IMG/VR virus record: IMGVR_UViG_3300005805_009577
Location: 96,001-160,000 of that record
DNA: 64,000 nt
Source: a virus
Direction: 5' to 3' (one strand)
Shown piece after piece: positions 40,466 to 46,679 of this stretch (its first letter is position 1; every line of letters starts with the position of its first letter). The notes below the pieces were generated by a model that was not told the DNA's origin, searched no databases, and saw nothing but the letters and a program-made list of their open reading frames with translations. The translations under genes and the position numbers were made by a program.

Positions 40466-40500
40466 AAATACACCCGGTCTTTCGACCGGGTGTATTTTTT
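40466..40500. terminator. intrinsic terminator, possibly bidirectional
   Basis: AAATACACCCGGTC-TTTC-GACCGGGTGTATTT plus T-run, between convergent genes. Confidence 0.85.
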
Positions 40501-40507
40501 TGTTTAT

Positions 40508-40852
40508 TTAAAAGTTTTTTGGGGTACGGTGTATTGACCAATTTTTATTAAACAAAAAAAGAAAAATTAATCCAGTGATTAAAAACAAGGTCGAATTAGG
40601 TTCAGGTACTGGCGTGGGTACCGGTTCTGGTTCTGGTGTTCTTAATATCATTGCTAAAAAATACATGCTTTGATCGCTGGCTACAACAGAAGTATCAGCA
40701 GTATAATTAAAACTTTCGCCAAGAAGTTCTAAAAAATGATCTACGTTATACTCAGAATATAAATCAAAAGGATCGCTATACCAATGATAGCCGTTAATAT
40801 ATGATCCTGATGCGTAGCCTATATTAAGCAAATCTATTTCGGCAGTTTCCAT
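40508..40852 (-). CDS. PEP-CTERM sorting-domain protein (start uncertain)
   Basis: PEPEPVPTPVPEPNSTLFLITGLIFLFLFNKNW: VPEP, TM helix, basic tail. Confidence 0.75.
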   Translation of the reverse strand: METAEIDLLNIGYASGSYINGYHWYSDPFDLYSEYNVDHFLELLGESFNYTADTSVVASDQSMYFLAMILRTPEPEPVPTPVPEPNSTLFLITGLIFLFLFNKNWSIHRTPKNF

Positions 40853-40976
40853 AGCCCACTCCAATAATATTATACAAAAAAATAAATTAATTAAAAGATA
40901 GAAATAAAGCCTCCTTTTTGGGGTACGTTTTGGGGTTGTGGTTCGATTGGTTCTAATAAACAGGAGACTGGTTAAA

Positions 40977-41204
40977 ATGCGAGTTGATGCTGCTACTTTC
41001 GTCGATGCTTGGGTCAGTGCTTTCGAAGCCGGTGGCAATCAGAGTGACGTTGCCCGTACGCTTGGTTGTAGTGCTGCTAACGTGTCGAATCGTGCTAAGA
41101 AGTTGCGTGATGCGGGAGTTGATCTTCCCGAACTTACCGTGACTCGTGGTGTTAAGCTTGACATTGAGTCGCTTAACGCTCGGCTTAAGGCTCGGATTGG
41201 TTGA
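40977..41204 (+). CDS. small HTH protein, cassette family
   Basis: AGGAGA RBS; motif at 40923. Confidence 0.9.
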   Translation: MRVDAATFVDAWVSAFEAGGNQSDVARTLGCSAANVSNRAKKLRDAGVDLPELTVTRGVKLDIESLNARLKARIG

Positions 41205-41222
41205 AATTAATATAGGGAATAA

Positions 41223-41262
41223 TTAACCCCTGGGTTTTCCGCAAGGAGAACCTGGGGGTTAA
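41223..41262 (+). terminator. GCAA-loop hairpin / terminator
   Basis: TTAACCCCTGGGTTTTCC-GCAA-GGAGAACCTGGGGGTTAA; near-copy of 36036. Confidence 0.7.
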
Positions 41263-41429
41263 CCCTTAATATTAAAAATACTTTTTGGGGTACGGAGGCC
41301 GTGTGCGGCCGGTTAAGGGGATCGTCAAGGGTGACCCGTGCGGCCGATATACCCCTTGACTTTTAATATAACTTAATTAATCAAAAATAATATGATTTAA
41401 TAAAATAATCAAAACTCAAGGATGGAGCA

Positions 41430-41792
41430 ATGATTAGTTTACCAAAGTTTGCAAGGAGGGGAATTTTGTTATATTTACAAATTGCGGCGGCTGTTGTTAG
41501 TCTTTTGCTTGGGCTTGCCCAAATGACAAAAGAATCACAACCATTAATTCAAAAGATGCAACAAAACCATCAACAGGCCGTTGCACAAAAACAAACAGAA
41601 AAAGCATGTCGCAAAGCATGTGAAATTGCAAACATGCAGATAGCATGGCAGTTTAGGGGGTACGATAGCAATTGGAGATATTATAGCGATCCTAGTGGAA
41701 GGTTTTGGGCTAGAGTTAATATTCAAGGCATATATGAGTATTGTGAAAGCCCGAATTATCAAATTGCAAATAACCCTATAACAATTCGTTAA
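41430..41792 (+). CDS. membrane-anchored hypothetical protein, paralog of 3030
   Basis: TM helix, Gln-rich linker, WQFRGYD..WRYYSDPSG..RVNI. Confidence 0.8.
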   Translation: MISLPKFARRGILLYLQIAAAVVSLLLGLAQMTKESQPLIQKMQQNHQQAVAQKQTEKACRKACEIANMQIAWQFRGYDSNWRYYSDPSGRFWARVNIQGIYEYCESPNYQIANNPITIR

Positions 41793-41793
41793 A

Positions 41794-42235
41794 ATGAAAA
41801 CTAAAAGCGAATATACAGTTCAATTTGATGAACATACGTTAAATCCCGAAGGACATTATTATATCCTTAAGGACGGCGAAACTTTAATGCTTCCAAAAAG
41901 CGATGGAAGCAAGTTACTTCCTACCTTTCCAACTAGAGCGGAAGCAGAAGAGTATATTCAATTAGTCAAAATACTAAGTTAAAATGACCATTGCTGAAAT
42001 TATATACCAACTGAGCAAGTTTGACCCGAACACTAGGGTTGTTGTTGATGGTTACGAGGGAGGTTTCGATGATCCTAGAATCGTTGAAGAAACTGCCATC
42101 ATTGACGCTAACTGGACTGTTGTTGATAAAGGGCGTGGAACCGAAGGCAAACGGCATAATTGGAATGGCCGTCATGATTACGGTACTTGTTACACTGAAT
42201 GTCATAATACTAAAGTAATTCTTATAGGAAGATAA
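41794..42235 (+). CDS. two small hypothetical proteins (41794-41982, 41984-42235)
   Basis: Abutting ORFs; second has LSKFDPNTRVVVDGYEGGFDD. Confidence 0.75.
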
Positions 42236-42291
42236 ATCAAGAATCATGCTGGTTTAAATAAAGAATCCTTTTCGGGGTACGGTATTGAGTT

Positions 42292-42505
42292 GCGGCTGGT
42301 TAAGAGACTCTTGACTCCCGCTAATTTTTAATTATAATAAGAAGATATTCAGTTATGACCACGTAACGGAGGGTACGTTAGAAGTTAAGGACTATGGGCC
42401 TTACACGAACTCCTACTGAATATCCTGCAATACAAAGTTAATAAAACGCCACCGCCAACACTCCGAAAGCACTAACCAACAGTTGCGATTAGGGGTGACA
42501 GGCGT
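42292..42505 (+). ncRNA. candidate structured RNA region
   Basis: Hairpin 42292-42321; GATATTCAGT/ACTGAATATC stem (42344-42424) with inner hairpins; element 42446-42505; no ORF. Confidence 0.5.
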
Positions 42506-42607
42506 AAAAAAATAATAAATTAAATTAACCAGTATCATTAAAAAGTCTTTTGGGAGTACGTCCTAAGGTTGTGGTGGTTACGACCCGCGAAACCGGAGCA
42601 TAAAACA

Positions 42608-42832
42608 ATGCAACTTACATTCGAAGAAAAGACCCTGAAGTATCTTGATGGCGTGAACATCAACATTGACCTTGGAACTTTCATTGACGAATATATGAAG
42701 GCTTACAAGGCCGGTCAGACTAAGGCTGAACTTGGCGAGACGCTTGGCATCAATCATATTGAAGTTGCGATTATTGTTGACAAGATGGCTAGTTTCGGTG
42801 TGAAACTTCCCCAACTTCGGATTCAGATTTAG
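42608..42832 (+). CDS. small HTH protein, divergent cassette-family member
   Basis: TFIDEYMKAYKAGQTKAELGETLG....SFGVKLPQL; GGAG RBS; motif at 42556. Confidence 0.8.
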   Translation: MQLTFEEKTLKYLDGVNINIDLGTFIDEYMKAYKAGQTKAELGETLGINHIEVAIIVDKMASFGVKLPQLRIQI

Positions 42833-42847
42833 TTTAACAAAACCCCA

Positions 42848-42892
42848 ACGCCAACACCCCGAAAGCACTAAGTTACAGTGCGACTAGGGGTG
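42848..42892 (+). repeat. second copy of a structured element (first at 42452-42497)
   Basis: CGCCAACACYCCGAAAGCACTAA...AG(T)TGCGAYTAGGGGTG in both. Confidence 0.75.
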
Positions 42893-42924
42893 GAAAACAC
42901 TTGTGAAAGGGTTTGTGAAGCAAA

Positions 42925-43134
42925 ATGAATCAAACCTATAGCATTCGTATCATTTTCGATGGAAGCAAATATGATACTACGCTTATCTCAGGGTTTACTT
43001 ATAAGCAAGCATTCGAATATGCTCGTAAGTGTGTAACAAAAGAGATTAATTATCTCTTGTTCTCTGGTCGGAATGTGAACATATACGTTGAAAATGATTT
43101 GGGAAAAAGGCTTGCAACTTACTACGTATATTAA
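42925..43134 (+). CDS. small hypothetical protein
   Basis: ORF flanked on both sides by TTGTGAA pairs. Confidence 0.7.
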   Translation: MNQTYSIRIIFDGSKYDTTLISGFTYKQAFEYARKCVTKEINYLLFSGRNVNIYVENDLGKRLATYYVY

Positions 43135-43165
43135 ACTTTTTGTGAAAACATTTGTGAAGAGTCAG

Positions 43166-43263
43166 TAAAAACACTAAAAAAAGCCTAAAAAACACTAAAA
43201 AAAGCCTAAAAAAGCTTAAAAAAAGCCAAAAATAAGCTAAAAAACAAGCCAAAAAATGAAAAA
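43166..43263. repeat. phased A-tract tandem repeat (about 10-11 bp period)
   Basis: AAAAACACT-AAAAAAAGCCT-AAAAAACACT-AAAAAAAGCCT-AAAAAAGCTT-AAAAAAAGCC... Confidence 0.85.
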
Positions 43264-43437
43264 TATACTCAATATACTTGCTATTTTAAGTACATTAACA
43301 CTCAATGGAAGTGAATTTGGATGTACTCTTTGGGCAAATTTAACATTGTTTAGGTTCTAATTGAAAGTTAACCGCACCTTTTAGCGGTACGGTAACTGGG
43401 TGTGACGGTTGGAACTAACCCCTAGGAGAAGGTTAAC

Positions 43438-43665
43438 ATGCGAGTTGATGCCAACACTTTCATCGACACTTGGTGCGACGTTTACGACAACGGTGGAAAT
43501 CAAAGTGACGTTGCAAGGCGTTTAGGTTGCAGTGCGGCTAACGTAAGTAATCGTGCAAAGAAACTGCGTGATGCCGGAGTTGATTTGCCTGAATTGACAG
43601 TTACTCGTGGTGTGAAACTTGATATTGAAAGTCTAAACGCAAGGCTGCGTGAACGAATCGGTTAA
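43438..43665 (+). CDS. small HTH protein, cassette family
   Basis: AGGAGA RBS; motif at 43387; near-duplicate of 44304. Confidence 0.9.
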   Translation: MRVDANTFIDTWCDVYDNGGNQSDVARRLGCSAANVSNRAKKLRDAGVDLPELTVTRGVKLDIESLNARLRERIG

Positions 43666-43842
43666 ATAAATATACCGAAAGTTATACCCGGAGTAAAATC
43701 CGGGTATAACCGTTTATATTAAAAATCCTTTTAGAGGTACGGCAGGATAGAACAAGTTTGTGAACTTACTTGTGAAGGTTAAAACAAACTTGTGAAACCT
43801 TTTCGGAGTACGGCTACGGGTTAACCCCGGAGAAATATACCA

Positions 43843-44031
43843 ATGAGCCAGCGAGTTAAAGAGCAAATGAAACGTGATGCTGAAATTCACGCTAACGGCC
43901 GGTTTACTCCACGAGATAGAGAAGATGTTAATCGTATTGTGGAGATACTTGTGAACCGGCAATTTGCCGTTAGGGTATCATCAGAAGTTGAAACCCAAGT
44001 AAACGAAACGATCAAAGAAATAATTAATTGA
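43843..44031 (+). CDS. small hypothetical protein
   Basis: GGAGA RBS; motif at 43808; palindrome downstream. Confidence 0.8.
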   Translation: MSQRVKEQMKRDAEIHANGRFTPRDREDVNRIVEILVNRQFAVRVSSEVETQVNETIKEIIN

Positions 44032-44108
44032 GAGAAAAGATTATACCTAGGTTAAACTGGGTATAATCGTTATAATTACAAATTGTTTTTGGGGTACGGC
44101 AAAAGGTT

Positions 44109-44227
44109 GCTAAGCCGCCTATGAATAGCACTCGTTAGGTAGTTCGGATGGGCGACAACTAACGATAAAAGCGGATAGTTATATTACTTGTTTCTCCGTG
44201 AGTAATATAATGAAATATAACGGAGAC
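44109..44227 (+). ncRNA. candidate structured RNA
   Basis: TCGTTAG/CTAACGA and TTATATTACT/AGTAATATAA stems; alternative TCTCCGT/ACGGAGA pairing; follows motif 44094; no ORF. Confidence 0.45.
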
Positions 44228-44303
44228 TATATTTTAAAAATTAAAAGTTAATTTTGGGGTACGGTAACTGGGTGTGATCGGTTAACCCTTGGAGATAACA
44301 ATC

Positions 44304-44534
44304 ATGGCACGAGTTGACGCTGGCAATTTCATCGAAGTGTGGTGCGACGTTTACGACAACGGTGGAAATCAAAGTGACGTTGCCCGTAAACTGGGTTGCA
44401 GTGCGGCTAACGTAAGTAATCGTGCAAAGAAACTGCGTGATGCCGGAGTTGATTTGCCTGAATTGACAGTTACTCGTGGCGTTAAACTTGACATTGAAAG
44501 TTTGAATGCCCGGCTGCGTGAACGAATCGGTTGA
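44304..44534 (+). CDS. small HTH protein, cassette family
   Basis: GGAGA RBS; motif at 44259. Confidence 0.9.
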   Translation: MARVDAGNFIEVWCDVYDNGGNQSDVARKLGCSAANVSNRAKKLRDAGVDLPELTVTRGVKLDIESLNARLRERIG

Positions 44535-44620
44535 AAAAAGTGTGAACGCGAGTTATACCCGGAGTAAAATCCGGGTATAACCGTTTATATTAAAAAACCT
44601 TTTAGGGGTACGGCTATAGG

Positions 44621-44650
44621 TTGACAATTTGATTGGTAATAAAGTATAAT
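44621..44650 (+). promoter_or_regulatory. consensus sigma70 promoter fused to a motif copy
   Basis: TTGACA-18-TATAAT; its TTG is the N8-spaced TTG of motif 44608. Confidence 0.6.
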
Positions 44651-44715
44651 TAAAAAAAAGATTACTATTGGCTTTTAGGGGTACGGTAGGTTGACGTCTC
44701 ACAGGAGAAAACGAA

Positions 44716-44784
44716 ATGTATAGGTATTACGTTGATTGCCTTGGTCGAGTTTACGATATACAGACGGGATTAAGAATCAAGTAA
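44716..44784 (+). CDS. micro-protein (22 aa)
   Basis: AGGAGA RBS; MYRYYVDCLGRVYDIQTGLRIK; motif at 44681. Confidence 0.7.
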   Translation: MYRYYVDCLGRVYDIQTGLRIK

Positions 44785-44867
44785 AGTAGGCAAAACTTTT
44801 TTGCCGACGACAGTTGTCTTTTTGGGGTACGTTGAGACGGTGGGTTCAGTCGTCCAGGAGAAACATC

Positions 44868-44942
44868 GTGCGAAATGCAGATAAGGCGATTTTGGCGGTT
44901 TCATTCATCATGGGCATTATCGTCGCTATTATAATCGCCTAA
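44868..44942 (+). CDS. micro membrane protein (24 aa)
   Basis: AGGAGA RBS, GTG start; MRNADKAILAVSFIMGIIVAIIIA; motif at 44827. Confidence 0.7.
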   Translation: MRNADKAILAVSFIMGIIVAIIIA

Positions 44943-45058
44943 AAGAAGTTATACCCTAGGATAAGCCTAGGGTATAACCGTTGATACTACGAAACCTTTT
45001 TTGGGTACGTTATCGGGGTGTCGCCGGTTGAGAGCGACAAACTAACGGAGAAAAAGAA

Positions 45059-45289
45059 ATGGCACGGGTTGACGCTGGTAGTTTCGTCGATGCTTGGATG
45101 GATGCTTATGACAAGGGTGGCAATCAGAGCGACGTTGCTCGTACGCTTGGTTGCTCTGCCGCGAACGTTTCGAACCGTGCTAAGAAACTTCGGGAAGCCG
45201 GGGTTGACCTGCCTGAACTTCAGGTTGTGCGGGGCGTCAAGTTGGATATTGAAAGCCTGAACGCTCGTCTTAAGGCGAGGATCGGCTGA
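45059..45289 (+). CDS. small HTH protein, cassette family
   Basis: GGAGA RBS; motif at 45005; near-duplicate of 46098. Confidence 0.9.
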   Translation: MARVDAGSFVDAWMDAYDKGGNQSDVARTLGCSAANVSNRAKKLREAGVDLPELQVVRGVKLDIESLNARLKARIG

Positions 45290-45368
45290 TAACAAAAGTT
45301 ATACCCGGGGTAAAACCCGGGTATAACCCTTTACACACATATACCTTTTTGGGGTACGGCAAGAGGGC

Positions 45369-45452
45369 ATGGATACTATCATCGCTATTACGTTTGCTTT
45401 CGTCGGTGCCGGGTTTATAGGCAAGTATCTTTGGAACGAAATGGAATATTAA
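45369..45452 (+). CDS. micro membrane protein (27 aa)
   Basis: MDTIIAITFAFVGAGFIGKYLWNEMEY; ATG begins 11 nt after motif core 45354. Confidence 0.65.
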   Translation: MDTIIAITFAFVGAGFIGKYLWNEMEY

Positions 45453-45522
45453 ACGAACGGCTACAGCCGCCAAGGCGATGCCGGTCTTTTCGGGGTACGG
45501 CGGACATGAGGAGGGCAAAGCG

Positions 45523-45645
45523 ATGCCTCTAGTAAGTGCAATCGTCTTCTTATTAATCCGTAGCGTATCTGCTAGGCTATATCGGATTAGCCAGGTTCGT
45601 TCTGAACCGGTTTATCCAGTTCTTATCGGAGCAAAAGGAAGGTAG
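45523..45645 (+). CDS. micro-protein (40 aa)
   Basis: GAGGAGG RBS; motif at 45495. Confidence 0.55.
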   Translation: MPLVSAIVFLLIRSVSARLYRISQVRSEPVYPVLIGAKGR

Positions 45646-45649
45646 ACCC

Positions 45650-45757
45650 ATGACTATAGATGAAGCAATGGCATTTAGTTTCGTTCGTTATGGCATTATG
45701 TCTTACGAAGAATTCCTAGTATGGCTAGCAAAACAGCAGATAGTAAAGGCTAGCTAG
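45650..45757 (+). CDS. micro-protein (35 aa)
   Basis: AAGGAAGG RBS; MTIDEAMAFSFVRYGIMSYEEFL...; palindrome follows. Confidence 0.6.
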   Translation: MTIDEAMAFSFVRYGIMSYEEFLVWLAKQQIVKAS

Positions 45758-45854
45758 GTAGATTACACCCTAGAGAAAATCTAGGGTGTAATCCTAACAA
45801 TCCCCTGAGCTTTTTGGGGTACGTTACAGGGTTGTCTCAAGGAGGATGACAACA

Positions 45855-46019
45855 ATGGAAACAGCAGTTAGCATCGCGGTTATGATGGGAGTTGGATTTG
45901 CGGCTGCCCTTGCACAAGTTATTTCGGACATGATGGAAGAAAAGGCCATTGTCCGAAACAACGAAGACAAGGCTAGGATCATCATGGAAGAATACGAAGA
46001 ATATACGGAGGGGGTATAA
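45855..46019 (+). CDS. small membrane protein (54 aa)
   Basis: GGAGGA RBS; TM helix plus acidic tail; motif at 45819. Confidence 0.7.
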   Translation: METAVSIAVMMGVGFAAALAQVISDMMEEKAIVRNNEDKARIIMEEYEEYTEGV

Positions 46020-46097
46020 CATACCCTTATCTGACCTAGAACCTTTTTGGGGTACGTTACAACATCGTGGTCGATAACACTAACTGGAGAAAAAGAA

Positions 46098-46328
46098 ATG
46101 GCACGAGTTGACGCTGCTAACTTCGTCGATGCTTGGATGAACGCGTATGAGAACGGTGGCAATCAGAGTGACGTTGCCCGTGACCTTGGTTGTAGTGCTG
46201 CGAACGTCAGCAACCGGGCTAAGAAACTTCGGGATGCCGGGGTTGACCTGCCTGAACTGACCGTCACGCGGGGCGTCAAGTTGGATATTGAAAGCCTGAA
46301 CGCTCGACTGAAGGCTAGGATCGGTTGA
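46098..46328 (+). CDS. small HTH protein, cassette family
   Basis: GGAGA RBS; motif at 46052. Confidence 0.9.
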   Translation: MARVDAANFVDAWMNAYENGGNQSDVARDLGCSAANVSNRAKKLRDAGVDLPELTVTRGVKLDIESLNARLKARIG

Positions 46329-46436
46329 ACCTAAGTTATACCCTAGGGAAACCTAGGGTATAACCCTTTACATGCATATACCTTTTCGGGGTACGGCAAG
46401 GGTATGTGGATCGGTTAACCCTAGGAGAAAAGAATC

Positions 46437-46679
46437 ATGCGGACACGAAAGAGTCGTATCAGCGTTCAGCGTTTCGTTTCGACTTGGTGCCGGGTGTATC
46501 GTCAGGGTGGCAATCAGGATATGGTTGCAAAGGCTCTGCATTGCACCGGTGCTAACGTCAGTATTCGTGCCAAGGCTTTGCGTAAGAGTGGCGTGAAGTT
46601 GCCACCGCTGAATCCCGGTCGGGTTTATGACACGGCTGTTGTGAGAATGAACAAAGACATTGCGGAAATGATTGGATAG
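46437..46679 (+). CDS. small HTH protein, divergent cassette-family member
   Basis: GGNQDMVAKALHCTGANVSIRAKALRKSGVKLP; AGGAGA RBS; motif at 46391. Confidence 0.9.
   Translation: MRTRKSRISVQRFVSTWCRVYRQGGNQDMVAKALHCTGANVSIRAKALRKSGVKLPPLNPGRVYDTAVVRMNKDIAEMIG

Larger units (their letters stand above)
42901..43796 (+). repeat. TTGTGAA direct repeats (7 copies)
   Basis: 42901/42913, 43140/43152, 43758/43770/43790; three pairs have exact 12-bp spacing. Confidence 0.7.
43681..46364. repeat. family of GTTATACCC...GGGTATAAC palindromes (cassette 3' ends)
   Basis: 43681-43710, 44039-44068, 44552-44581, 44948-44978, 45298-45327, 45761-45793, 46335-46364; each follows a stop codon and precedes the next motif. 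Confidence 0.85.
1861..46395 (+). promoter_or_regulatory. Dispersed bipartite motif CCTTTT-NN-G(G/A)GTACG-N8-(T/G)TG, 35 copies; putative phage-specific promoter
   Basis: GTACG cores start at 1871, 2602, 7951, 9328, 14631, 19695, 20489, 22941, 23443, 26044, 30088, 35716, 36113, 37644, 39022, 40135, 40524, 40923, 41290, 42277, 42556, 43387, 43737, 43808, 44094, 44259, 44608, 44681, 44827, 45005, 45354, 45495, 45819, 46052, 46391. All + strand, nearly all intergenic, mostly 30-65 nt before an ATG. By hand, 21/35 have TTG or GTG exactly 8 nt after the core. Confidence 0.85.

Noticed and set aside
43046-43252. 68-aa minus-strand F/L/R-rich ORF
   Set aside because: Simply the translation of the A-tract repeat.
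44608-44650. Motif TTG as a general sigma70 -35 box
   Set aside because: Fits only copy 44608; elsewhere there is no -10 and the RBS/ATG are often too close.
43681-46364. Integron attC cassettes
   Set aside because: Palindromes have GTT on the left and AAC on the right (opposite to attC), lack extrahelical bases, and cassettes carry their own promoter-like motif; no integrase in the window.
1861-46395. Motif as a sigma54 (-24/-12) promoter
   Set aside because: GG-to-TTG distance is 4 nt longer than in TGGCACG-N4-TTGC, and the alternative register puts C at the invariant -25 G.
40100-46400. CRISPR array
   Set aside because: The repeat is only ~15 bp and degenerate, inter-repeat lengths run from ~70 to >900 bp and contain genes, and no cas genes are present.
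1945-46596. Alternative-frame and antisense ORFs over the HTH cassettes (1945, 35763, 44987, 45018, 45270, 45824, 45837, 46372, 43714, 42578)
   Set aside because: Shadows of GC-richer genes; no RBS and not conserved across paralogs.
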